Source: Lepidodermella squamata (lineage: Eukaryota > Animalia > Gastrotricha). Taken from it: a stretch of 64,000 nt of DNA. Location: the NCBI GenBank assembly GCA_047495785.1, contig JBLDXI010000054.1, positions 3,410,001 through 3,474,000 of the forward strand, given 5' to 3'. How positions within the stretch are numbered: the stretch's first letter is position 1; each line of letters opens with the position of its first letter. Both the position numbers and the translations under genes were made by a program. Below, one piece after another: positions 38,947 through 51,900 of the stretch. A model generated the notes under the pieces. It was given only the letters and a program-made list of their open reading frames with translations, was not told the origin of the DNA and did no database searches.

Positions 38947-39810
38947 TCAAGAAGCAGTTTTCAAAAATGCTATCAACTGCTGTGTTTGAAGCACAAGAAC
39001 CAAGGCGCTAATATAAACGGGTTCTTTTTTGTTAACTCGAAAGAACAGCTTCAATTGCTGGCTGAAGTTTTTAGATTGTCTGACGAATTCTTTCTTGTGT
39101 TGATCCAGGCACTAAAACCAATAAAAATAGTTGATATTTAACAATAAATAAATAAGTTTTCCTTACAATTCGACTGCGCTCAGAAGGTAATGACGCTCGG
39201 ATATCCGTCATAGATTGCAAAAAGTCCCTTATCGCTCCAGCAATATCCCTGGTGTAGCTTTGATTAACACAAATTCATAAAACAATGAAAAAGTCTTACT
39301 TTATGACTTCTAGAAATTTCTTTCGATCAGATATTTCATCTGGAATCCTGCCCAGCTTTTTTGTGAGCATTAACGAACGTTCGTTGATATCAAAATATAG
39401 AGGTTCATTCTTCCGAACAAGAAATTCTGAATGATAGTATAGAATATAGAATAATATGAAATCAACATTTATGTTGCATCCCTACCGTCTGAGCTCAGAT
39501 GGGCTTCGAGCCGGAGAAACGCTTCACTCAACTCTGATTGCTTGCTTTCAAGACCGGTCATTACCATCAAATTACGAACGAAAGCTAGATGAAAACCAGG
39601 ATGCTCTTGCTCAACCTGTTTCAGGGCGTCCATGACGCTTCGAGTAGAAGAGGAGCTGATCTGAAGCTAGAACAAGCATAAAGTATAATTGGAAAAGAAT
39701 TGATTTTATTTGCGACTTACTTTTTCGAGAACTGGAGCAAATAATGTAGGATAAGCTAGAGCCCGCATAAGCTCTTCGTCATCCACATTCTGAGCGATGG
39801 TCTCAGCCAT
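38947..39810 (-). CDS. PDCD10: Programmed cell death protein 10 (CCM3), 5 exons, ~210 aa; not in the ORF track
   Basis: Manual splicing gives MAETIAQNVDDEELMRALAYPTLFAPVLEK|..KQVEQEHPGF..EAFLRL..|..LGRIPDEISDRKKFLEVIK|DIAGAIRDFL..|CLDQHKKEFVRQSKNFSQQLKLFF..VYISALVLVLQT. This is colinear with PDCD10 ([39 protein letters not shown]). Confidence 0.92.
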
Positions 39811-41398
39811 GACCTATCCAAGATGATAAACAAGCGAAAAACTCTAGAAGAGAGAACAACAGGAAAACACAGCTAAACGCTTGACATCATGAAAGTCGTC
39901 ATTGAGATCGTAGCGAAGCGTGATGCGTGACACAACTTTTCCAACTTCCGAGCTAACAGTGTAATATCAAGATGAGCATTATCCGTGAAATGAGAACTTA
40001 ATGGTATGCAGCTAATCAAGTTCCGAAAAATTGAACTAGCAAAACCAGAAAATGGAGACATTAACGGCAAAGCGCTAACAACTAACAACTAAGCCTTGTG
40101 CGTAGTTCTCAGCTACTGCATCACGCGGAAACTGCTTGAGCTGGAAACGCGCAAAACCACGCCCGCAAGGTCAGCGTCGCAACATTTTCGCATTTTAGTT
40201 AGAAAAATCCGCTGATTTAGAAACAGCTCTTGTATCAAAACTATATTCCAGTTTTTTAAATATAATTATATGTCAATTCTAGATGGCTTAGATACGAGAT
40301 GAGAATCGAAGGACGCTTTCTTGCAACCCTTCCGATAGGTCTTCCCTGAGCCTCTTATTCACGCTCAAGCTGGGGGTTTCCTTGTCAGCTACGCATTATA
40401 CTTGCAGCTTATAGCTCCAGAACTTTCGTGGCACCTATTTTTCTTACCATTGAACTTTGTCGGCAATATTACCAGCTCCAGAGCTCCAGCCTAGAGCGTC
40501 TTAAATCTTGAAATCCGATCATTGTCATAGCAATACTACAGTGTTTGCTGGGTAGCCTCCCCAAAATTGAACGTTTGCAAGTTTGAGTAGTGTTGAGAAC
40601 GAGTTTAATGGCCAACCGCCTGACTTTTTTCCCGCGCCGCTCCTTTGCATTTGCTGACTTCGAATTCACAGTGCATATTCTTGTTATGAAAAATGTGGTG
40701 ATCCATGCTGCGCCAATTGGAGGCTTAATGCATAGTTTACGCTCATCTACTCAAGCCTTAGAGAGTGAGATAAGGCATGGATCAACAGCGATAACAACAC
40801 AGAACGTGAACACATTTTGAAACTCATTTTTTTTATTGAAAATCTTTGAAATATTCCCAGACTCATGGTCAAAATGAACAAGATGTAAGTATTCGATACA
40901 TTTACAGCACTTTCCAATGATTTTTCTTGGTTGAAAATTAATCAAAGCAACCGTTTATCGCTGAGAGAAAACTGAATTTTGCTGTTTGGTTATTTAATAT
41001 TATCCCCGAACAGGCTACAGCTCGAAACTGGTACACACGCCTATAGACGCCGTTTTCGGTTCGCGGCGGGCCTTACCAAGTCAAGAGGGAACCCCTCTCG
41101 CCTCCCTTTTCTTTCTTCGCTGATGATCAGAGCTACCCAAATCTTGGTATATTTTGCTCCTTGTTGTTAAGCTCTGGATTTTTTTATATCTGTATCTTCG
41201 AATTTCATTTTCATTCATGCAAAATGATACGCATTGCAGTTGAAATGATACGAGAACAATTATTTCCAAGCAATTTTTAAATGGATGATAACCTAAATGT
41301 CGTTCAACATCTTGATCGGCAAATATAAATATGCCGAGACGTTGACGCCTATTTAAAATTTAAAATTAATATGTTGATGAAATTATAGATGCTATAGA

Positions 41399-42129
41399 AT
41401 GGGCTTCTTGGACAAGTTAGCTGAGTTCTTCGGCATTCGCAAGAAGGAGGCGAATATTGTTGTTGTGGGCTTGGATAACAGTGGCAAAACGACCATCCTA
41501 AACAAGCTGAAACCACCTGAATTTCAAACCCATGACATAGTTCCGACTGTCGGCTTCGGGGTCGAAAAATTCAAGGTAATTAATCGGGTTATTTCCTCTT
41601 CATTTGTCATTATCTTTTTGAATTAGGTGAAAGGGTTGAATTTAACAGCGTTCGACATGTCAGGACAAGGCAGATGTAGGAATCTATGGGAAGCTTATTA
41701 CAGCAGCTGCCACGGCATTATTTTCGTCGTCGATAGCAGTGACAAACTACGCATGATTGTGGCGAAGGACGAACTAGATTTATTGCTCCAGCACACCGAA
41801 ATCAAATCCAAAACCATTCCTCTTTTATTTTACGCAAACAAAATGGACCTCCGAGAGTCTCTAAATGCAGTTCAAGTAAAGTTTTACATCTGAATTTTGC
41901 GTGGACTAATTTCTTGGACTGACATGTAGGTATCTAACGTGATGGGCCTCGATCAAATTCGTAATAAACCCTGGCATATATGCGCAAGGCAATTTGATTT
42001 TATGATTTGTTACTTCATTATTAATTATATTTCTGTCGTTTCAGCAATGCTCAGAGCGGTGAAGGCCTTCAAGAAGGTGTCGACTGGCTAACAGATCAAA
42101 TCCTTCAAATGTTGGCTGCTAAGAAGTGA
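41399..42129 (+). CDS. ARL6: ADP-ribosylation factor-like 6 (BBS3), 4 coding exons, one GC-AG intron
   Basis: [55 protein letters not shown] and [26 protein letters not shown] at 42127-42129. Confidence 0.95.
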
Positions 42130-42993
42130 TTGGATTCGTAGCCGGGCTTTGTAATGCAGAAAATCTACTAGTAATAATATAAATACTATACGCATGTCTT
42201 TGTAAATAACTGTGCCTGCTGAGTGGACGGCAGTATCTCAGTTTTCAACTATCCTAAAATCAATGAGCCGATTTTTTTGTTGGCGAAATTAATATTTGTT
42301 ATTGCTTGTCATGAATACGGTTGCGCTGTATATTTGACACCTCACTGATCTCAACGTTGTAATGGATGATCTCTGTGTATGTCAGCTGTCAGTGCACTTT
42401 CTCGCTCGCAGTGTAAAACATGTGCTGCAAAAAAGTAAATTTCCGAAAATGAAAGAGATATACGACTTTTATGTGATCTATCCATCTAGGCAATCGAAAA
42501 CGACTGAGGTTCACAAAATTGTTCACTTTTACTCGCAACTCGATAGATTTGTTACATTTTGGCGCTCATAATGCTGATATAGGAAGTATTTACAAGGGTG
42601 TACACAAAGAATATGTAGCATAACGACGATGAATTGCACTCTCGATTTAAATAATGTATGACGAATAAGCGAAACCACTTGAGTGCAGCGCCCCGTTATT
42701 TGAATAATTTGCAAAAATTTAACCGCGCCGGATGCTGAGAAAAAAAAAGAAAATATAAGCTCTATAAAGATGATAACAGTGATGTGTTACGCAGGATATA
42801 AATTAGTTTGATTTTTTGAAATCAACAACATAAAAATCATATGTCAGAGAACTCACGATAATTCAAAATTACTTAGCAAAATCGTAAGATCACTATAAAA
42901 TGTCAAGTCTCCACAATACGAGAAAATGAAGAACTGAGGTTCAAGCCATTAACAAAATCGCGAAATGTGAGCAGGTTGCAGAAATCGCAGATT

Positions 42994-45900
42994 TCAATTC
43001 CTGACAGATAGCATCGAAGTGGGTTGAGGGGCGATTATAGCCGAAGGTTTCGGGGCCTTTTTCTTGGTTGCCGGCTTCGCCTTGCCTTCGCCGGATCGGT
43101 CGAAAAGGCGGCGGAGAATTGCATCGCCGACTCGCCGGAACGACCTGGTCGACGCTGATTTTACCATAGGCCGATCGGGAAGGGGCGAGGGAGGCTGAGA
43201 CACAGCTGTCTTCAACGGCGAATCAACTGCTTCAGGTTTCGACAATGGCGCCAGTTTCGGCTCGGGGACAAATTCGCTGTCTTGTTGCTGGGGCTCCGGG
43301 CGTTGAGGTGTAGGGCTATCGTCGATGTACTTGCTCGTGCAATCAGTAGCTTGCCTCGACGGGTCGAACATGTCCTCGGAAACTAGTAGCGATGACGAGG
43401 TTACAGAAGCCAAGGCCGGCGAGTGAGGCAGAACACTGATAATTGCGTTCTGATGCGGCGGTGTGACTTCGGTCTGCGTGGCGGAGGCCGATTGGAAACA
43501 GCCGGAAATAGGCCGCTCGCTGGCGAAAAAGTGTTCAGCGGCGACGTAGATCGGTTTTGAAGTTACAGTAGCCGTTAGAATGTGAGGCGGCTGAACTGGC
43601 GGCTTGCTCGACGGCACCTGTAGCTGTTGTTGCTGTAGCAGCTCAGAGTTGGTGCCGAAAGATTTGCTCGTTCGAACGGCGGTATTAGCTGCCGGGGTGG
43701 ACCGGGTCATCACAGCCGGGAGCTTGGGCGGCTGTGGCATTGTCGATGATTTTGTAGTAGGAGCCAATAACAAACCGCTGGTGTTATTGAGTCCAACATC
43801 GAGTTTCAGCTTAGCAACATCCATTTCCCAAATCGCGGCCTCCAGGGCGGCCAGCAACTGCCGGTTCGTCGACGATTGGGACGGCACCCAGTCGCCACTG
43901 GTCGGGTCCAGTTTCAGGTTGTCATAGCACGATTGGCGGGACATTGACATCGCGTTATTGATGAGATCGGTCAACGCAATGGCGTCGTGTGGTTTCGACG
44001 CGTCGCTGTGGATAGCACTATCGACGCTGCGCACGTGACCGCCGCGCTCCGATGACGTCGAACCACCACCGTTGTTCGAGTTGGGCGACCGACCAGCTCC
44101 GCTCGATGAGTCCGACGTACCGCCAGGGCTACGTCCGGCGCCATCGGGTGGCGTCTGACCCGGCGGGGTGGGTCCGGTTGCATTAGCCGGCTGTCGATTC
44201 GGCTGTTTCGACTGCCCATTCGCGGCGGAACTCGTGAAGCCACCGACCCGGCACAGGCGTAGCACTACGAGTGAGTCGGACGGTAAGCTGTCCAGGGTGT
44301 CTTGAAGTTGTTGCAGCGTACAGCCGGACAGGTCGAGGTCATTCACAGCGACGAGGTAATCGCCGAGGTGAACGGCACCGCTGCGGAAGGCTAAACCTCC
44401 TTCGTCGAGCAACGTCACAACGAATGGGTAGAACGGATTATCCGTACGGGCCAAACCGATGCCAAGCGGTGTATCGCCGATCTCAAAGTGAACGCCATAA
44501 GTAACCACGAAGAACTGATCTATGAAAAATGAAGAAAATTTGTAAATTTTGAGGAATTTTTGATGAAAATGACTTACTGGTCGCAGAAAACCGGCGAATT
44601 TTCAGGACAACAATATCGCCGGCTTGTTGCACGTTAGAGATGAAATCGACAACTGACTCTAGCTGAGAGCTGTTAACCGAAATGATTTCATCACCGACCA
44701 GCAGATTTCCACATCTGATGAATTAGAAAGAGTTTAATCATTTTCGCGGAGTTTGCTTTTCAAATTTACCTGTATGCTACACTTCCTCGTCTTATGTCCG
44801 ATATGAATATACGTGACTGAGGCGCAGCGTTAGGGTGGATGCCGTTTGACATGCCATTTGTTAGAAGAGGCGAACTGCTTGGCAGCGCCACAGCGGCGAG
44901 GCCAAGACTGGGGCCCCTGTTCGGCAACCGAACGTGGAAGACGCCGTTGGAGATGGCGAACGAATCGGCGACATCGAATTCCACGCGCAGCTGGCAAACA
45001 GGGCCAGAGTCGTGCAACAGCTGAGACGCTATTTCCGGCGGTTTATTTACTAAAGCGTGGCCGTTTATTTGCAACACGCGATCGCCCTCTTGCAACAAGC
45101 CGATTCTAATGAAAAATTACAAAATTCATGAATAAAATTAGAAAAAGAGAAAGAGAAGTTAGTAATCCAGGAATGGGATTTTTCCAGAATTTACGAGGAA
45201 CCCCTAGCCCTCTATTTTGACAAGAAACGCTGTACCCAATGAAAACTAATCTGAATCTGGAAAACTGCCGAGTTTTCTCTTAGAACGCGATGCTTTCAAT
45301 GGGCCTTGAAGCGTTCAGGAAGTGAATAGCCGCTGACTTCGATTAAAAGCCTTGAATCTACAACTACGTGTTCATCACAAAGAAAATCTCACAGCTTCTA
45401 AGCCACTTAAGAGAGAACAATTAAACTAACATTTTTCAATGGAAATCATTTAACGAAAGAACAATGAAGGCAACGAAGTTTTGGGAATTAACTTAAAAAT
45501 TCAGAAAATTCAGAAAATAAATTCAGAAATTTTCGCATACCTATCGGCTGCCGAGTTGTACTCGATGGCGCTGATTGTGAGGCAGTTTTTCGATGGCGTT
45601 GCGTTGTAGAGCGTCGAACGACCTATAGTTCCCGTTGCAGGTGTCGCCATGCCGGCGGAAGTGCTTTTTTGAATAGTGAGCCCAAAGTTGGCACCAAGGC
45701 CGCCACAAGCCGGCTGGCAGTCGGCTGCAATTGCCGTCGCTTCGATGTAGACGTCCATGGTTTCCGAGTGGAAAACGTAGCCGCCATTCGCCGAGCACGT
45801 ACTCGAGAAGGACGTGACAGAGCCTGCGCAAGAAATTGAAATTGTTATAAAAAAAAATCTCGACACGCTGAAGAGGCTGGAGATAAGAAGCCGACAATGG

Positions 45901-48900
45901 GCATAAAACGGGTTTAATTACCTATAGATCCGCGTCGCTTCAGCCGGTTCATGCTGTTTGTGGCGGACGCGACCCCGAGCGCTGGCTGGTGAGGATAATA
46001 GCCGTTTGCGTTAACAGCTGTCGCCGGTATCATCATGAGCCCACTCGTCGCAACATCGGCCACTCGCCGCAGCGTCGGCGTCGAGACAACACCCGCTGTC
46101 GTATCAGGCGCCCCGGCACTCACCATCACCGAAGTTGCGCTCCTCTTCGCCGTAAACTGCGCCTGGCCATTGCTACCAGCTGCTGTTGACAAACTCGCGT
46201 GGTACGACTGCGACATGGCCACCGCTCGGCCGTTGAACATCGGCGGCGACGGTTCGTGGCGCAGGCTGCTCACGCCCGACGACATCGACCCGGCCGGGCG
46301 CAGGAACTGCAACCGCAGCGTGTTGCCCAGCTTCGGGCTGCCCGACGCGCCGCTGTTCCCATTACCGTACCTCAGCAGTGTCATCACATCGGCAGGCATT
46401 TTGTTCTCAACGCTCTGCCCGTTGATGCCGAGCAGGATATCGCCCTGGCGTATAACCCCGGTGCGGTCGGCGAACGACGCCGGCCGCACGCTGTCGACGA
46501 CCATGCACGACCGGCCGTCGACGTAGGCGGCCGAGAGTGACAGGCCGATGTCTGAGCCGGACTGCCGGCAGAACTCCATGACCCATTCGTCGGAGGGCGA
46601 TGTTTTGCCGCCCTCGGCGCTGCTGCGTAGAATGTCGTATTCGATGAGAAGCCGCAGCGGCAACGGGTGGTGGTTCGGGCCGTTGTTCATTGTCGACTGT
46701 TGCGCGTGGAAGTCGGCGAGCAGGCCGTAGACGTCGTCGAGGTGCAGCCCGCTGAGGTCGGTGCCGTTGATGGCGAGGATGCGGTCGCCGGGCCGCACGC
46801 CGCCGTCGCGGTGCACGGCGGTGCCGGGGCGGACTTGCACGACGAACACCGGACACGCGCGGTCACGATCGAGCCGCGCGCCGCCGCGCAGCACCAACCC
46901 GGCGGTCGGGCCACTCGCGGCGTCGCGAGGAATGACGATTTCCGTCCGTTTCGTTTCTACAGGCGCGCCACGTAGGCCATAGTCAACAAGCAGCGGCGAG
47001 CCCTTGTGCATTCTTGGTGGCGAGCCGGGCCGAGATAAAGCTACAAACAAACGCAAGTGATCAAACGAATTCGAAAGAATAGGCAAAGATCCACAGTGAA
47101 AAAAGACCAATACGCTTCTTACAATTGTAACACTTCTTCAAAAAAAGTTATAAGACGAGCGGTAACTTTATCGATTTCTAAAATGATCGTTAACAAATGA
47201 AACATGGAGTTTGGCAAAATCAAAACGAGGCTAGTCGTCATCATGGGTGCGAAAAACTTGGCTTAAAAGTTCCCCCGGCGAAAAATGCGGGCTCAACAAG
47301 TGCTTGAATTTAATAATTCGTCTCAGCCGATCTGAGGTGAGGAATCTCGTTAGATATTCGAAAATTTCGATCACGGCTACAGAAAATGCAAGAATGCTTC
47401 TCGAAAATGTTCCAAAACCTGGACATATTTTGGAAATTTCCAGAAAAAATCCAAATTTCCAAGCATTTTTTGGGCTTTTTTCTACATTTTTTTTATATAA
47501 TTGTACTGACGTTTCCATGTCTAATCTAAAAAAAATTAATTAAAAAAAAATTGAAGAGAGTGATTTCCCTTTCATATAAGATGGACAGGATCATCTTTAA
47601 TGATCGAAACGTTGATTCCGAATACTAAATAAAGGAAAAGCTACGATTCGCTCTTTTCAACAAGAGTCAAAAATACTTTTCGCAATTTCCTAGAAAATTC
47701 AGAAACTTCGCAATACCCCAATTCTAGATAACGGTCAAATGGCGAAAATATGATATTCCAATCAGAAAAACACGAAAACCCCCATGGTAACAATTTTTTT
47801 ACCTGATGGGCACAGTCGATAATGGAGTTCGAAAACAAGTGAATGGCGGCTGTTGCCGATAAGAGTCATGATTTCGCTCTGCTTAAGCCGAAGTGTCGAA
47901 ACGCCATTGATTGCCGTAATATAGTCACCAACTAGAATGCGATCAGTTCGATGCGCGGTTGAGCCTGGCTGAATGCTGATTACGTGAAGGCGATCTTCTT
48001 TATCAAAGCCACCTTAAAATACATAATAAATACAATAATATATATACATTTTCAAAACAGAGACAACGCACTGCCTAAAAAGTCTTATTCAGTAAATTTT
48101 ATTTGTCAGGGTCACGGCCTTTTGCTTATTGACAATACGAAAACAACAAATTTTAAACAAATCGGCCTTTGTAAAGCGCGACGCTAGCTCATTTAAATTT
48201 TAAAAAATTGAGGTTTTGTAGGGAAAATTATAGCCTAATCTCATTCTGAATCGATCGGCGCTAACATTGCTGCTATACCATGAGCAAAATCTCAGCTGTG
48301 CAAACAATTATTTCAGTAAATACAAAATCTGAGATTGAAAAGCTTTAAAAAAAAGTATTTTTGCATACCTGCTAAAATGAGGCCGAGATCTGAGCGACCA
48401 GTTTCGTTGGAGCGAACGAGTTCAACTCGGGTTTTGCCAGCTACAATTTCCTCGCCACTTGTTAGGCCATTAGAAATAGCCGGAATGGGCGACGACTGCG
48501 GAAGCAGCGAGCAAACAGGCGGCAGTACCGTGTCGTCGAGGCCGCAATTAGCCTGGCACGGTCCAGCGCCATTGCCACTGTCGTGGAACGGCTGCTTATG
48601 TCCCGACTTCTTGCTCGTTTTCATCGATGACGAACGACCCGAGCAGGTCGATGCCTGCACGGGCGGGATCGGCGAGTCGGGCAGTGTGTCTGCATTCTGC
48701 TTGTGTTTATTCTTACTCGAAACCATGTTTCGTTGGCTGTTAAACGGCGACGATGAACATGCTGGCACCGATGCGCTTCTACGCGGGCAGCGGTGATTTT
48801 GCAACAGTGACGATTCGCTTAGCGACCAAGTTTTATCTCTCAAATAATAAGACTGCAACTGGTGGTGGAGGATCGGCGAGTGAAACGGCTTACTAGTGTA

Positions 48901-48972
48901 ATCTAGCACAAAATCATCGTTATTTCGGGCCGTAAAAAAGTGTTGTTGTCCACTCGTTAAAAAACGCGCCAT
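42994..48972 (-). CDS. GRIP1: Glutamate receptor-interacting protein-like multi-PDZ scaffold (six PDZ domains visible)
   Basis: PDZ1 is split across the exon ending 48369 (LGLILAG) and an exon missed by the ORF track, 48012-47803 (GFDKEDRLHVISIQPGSTAHRTDRILVGD). Then PDZ2 (GLVLRGG..PGDRILAING), PDZ3, PDZ4 (LQEGDRVLQING..VEFDVADS), PDZ5 (IFISDIRRGSVAYR|CGNLLVGD) and PDZ6 (PLGIGL..RSGAVHLGD). The start may extend further 5'. Confidence 0.85.
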
Positions 48973-51900
48973 CGAGAGAACGAGCGCGGTGCAAAATTAT
49001 TTAGGATGAGCAGGCAACGCGCGGACGATATTAGCGCACAGCCGATAAAAAAAACACAAAGTGGTGCGGCTGGTGTGAAATGTCATCTAATATATACGCA
49101 CACAAGTAATGATGATAGGGGAAGCGGGGCGCCAAATTGGTGCCTGCCGGTTTTACGCCGGGCTTACGGCACCGTGGCGCGAGTATCTTATTAAAACGAG
49201 CAGGCGACTAAGCAATCAACGGTTTTTTAATGAGAAAACTGAATATATCGCGGCCGCCCATCTTCGGATGAGAAGATAAATCCATCGATCGTGCGCACAA
49301 ACAATTTTTAAGGCGGTCTTTTTATTATTTCGAGTATTAGTATTTTTGGCGGCGGTATTTAGCCGCGGATGTGACTGACGATGCCAGTTGCCGAATAATG
49401 ATGATGATATTAGTCAAGCTAATGAAGACGACTCCTAGGAATATGGTATGTTATGAAGACGGTAATATAATAATCGTTTATCGTTACGGCAAAAAGCCGT
49501 GTGTTGGCGCGACTTTTGCTCCTTGTTGACGATGACGACGACAATAAACGTTGGCGTGTGCGCGCATTCGGGCTCCGGGGTACAAAACGGTGGCACTGCG
49601 TAAACACGAAACGGTGGCGCGTTCAAGCAAACAGTCGTCAGACGTTTCAGGCCCAACAACAACCACAACAATAATAACAATCGCGCGCGTACTAGGTAAG
49701 TACAAGTTGGGTTTATTAGTCACCCTAAAACACAACCAGCCGTCGATGTTACAATGGCGGCAGCAGCGGCGGCGGCGGCGCCACTAGTAGCAATATAATG
49801 AGCAATCTCGTTCGCCGAAAAGAGAACATGAGATCTTATTGATGGCGCGGGCCGCCAGACTCGACTTGACTTGCCTCGCTCATCGCGCAAGGTGACCTAT
49901 GCTTCCTAGGTGTTTGCACCTACCAGCAATCTAATTTATATTAATATGTTACCTATTTCGCTCGCTCGCTACCTGTGTGAGCAGCACTCGAGAAGGCCAT
50001 TTATTAAGCCAAGTGGGCCGTCATCAAAAGCCATCGGCAAACTTCACGCCGGCCTCGTGTGGATCCGCCACCGAGCTTAATAACGAGCCGCCTGTGCCTA
50101 GCATCATCATCAGCCTCATGGCCAGCGGCTGGTGATAACGCACCACACACTTGTCCGACGCCTGAGACAACGACCGGATATGTGCTGGTTTATCGGCAAA
50201 TAAAATCAAAGTCATTAGCATAATACTACTAATTTTACTGCGTCTTATGTCAAGGCCAATTCATTGCTACTACGATAATTTATGTCGCCGGCTTAATCAA
50301 GTGCGCCCATATAGCCAAAAGGCGCCACTTCAATTCTAAATTTGTTGATAAATTAAAGCTTCCCTAATCGCTAAAAAGCTAAAAATTGTGCAATTACTGA
50401 GTCGGGAACATAAGGGCAACCTTAATTTGTAAAAATGATGCTTCGGAAACAGATTACGTGGAACTCAACTGTTCCCGTTAGTTGATGAACGGTTCCATAT
50501 TTTCCATACTTTTCTTCGAACTTGTAAAGAAAGATAAATAAAAAATTGTGCGGGAAAAATCGATGCTTGAGACAACTTGAAATTATCCTAAAACATCAAC
50601 GCGTAGAACAAAATTTCACTTCAGTTAATTGAAAATGCAGAGTGAAAAAGGCGGCAGACAACGTTGAATAGCACACGAGAAGGTAGAGTAATATGATGAT
50701 ACTAGCACGACACGGCTGAAGATGCCTGTGTTTCAGGGCAAAAACGCCATGGAATATTTGGGCTGAGAGGTTGTAACTTATTCGGAGCGAAGAAGGTTTC
50801 AATAACAATGGTAATTGCGGTAACAGATATTAAAATATTTGCAACCAGCTTAAAGAAATATAGGCGACCCCGGGTTTATAAATATAAGCGCGCTGGTTTG
50901 AGTTATAGAAGTTGCTGAGCGAAAATGTTACCTGTTATAAGAATAGCAAACAAAGGTGTGCGATACGCGCATACCTAAGGGCAATTGTTACCTTAATATA
51001 AGTACACTAATAGCAATAATAACACAAATTTTCGAAATGGTTACAACCTGCGGTTATAATGTAATTGCATTATAACTTGCCCGTTTCTATTATCGCCAGT
51101 GTGCTGCAATCGCAAATAAATTAGCGAGCTCGAGTAAACTGACATTCGAGTGGTTCGACCGGTGGTCGAGTGCCAGCACTATCTAGCCTAAGATAATACT
51201 GGGCGCACAGGTTCCGACCAGGTAACAACTGCTGAAGATATCTTCGTTAGCCTGGCGTTGCGTAACTCAGCTGAAAATTCTCGACTCTCAGGAAGCGAGG
51301 AAAAGATCTTCTATTGCGTTGTTATTAAAACATTTTAACGCACTGCAATAACACATGTGATGCGCTACTTACTGCCCCCTAATAGTAGGTATGTTTTGGC
51401 AGGTGAGCCTATTAACAGCTGATATGCTAAATCTCTAAGCTGGTTGCACAATGGTACGGCGGAGATTTGACGCTGATTTGAGCCGGAGCGCGTAATTAGA
51501 CGCCGGCGATAAGCGTTTATTGGAGGGGGTTTAATTTTTGACAAGGGCGGGGATTATTTTTAGCGCTTAACGTGTCACGTTTCGATATCGCGAAAAATTA
51601 TCGATAAAACGCGTGACTTTGTTATTATTATCATCGTTCGCAGTTTGCCGACAATAAATAATTATCTAGATAATATTATTAGAAAATAATAATAAACCGG
51701 CGAAAAATAATGTCAGGGTGTTGGTATAGCCGAGAGAAAACAAAGAGGCGCATTCTGGCCTTTTCACTCCTCGGCAAGAAAGCAGCTGAGATTGTTTGTA
51801 AACAAAACAAAACACATTGCGCACCCTGGAGAGAAAAAGCGGCGCGCTAATTTTTACAGTTCCCGATATCAGTTGTGTTATAATAGCAGCAGCGCAAAAA

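Noticed and set aside
40200-41300. Short ORFs between PDCD10 and ARL6
   Set aside because: No homology recognised. The position between divergent genes fits promoter or 5' UTR sequence.
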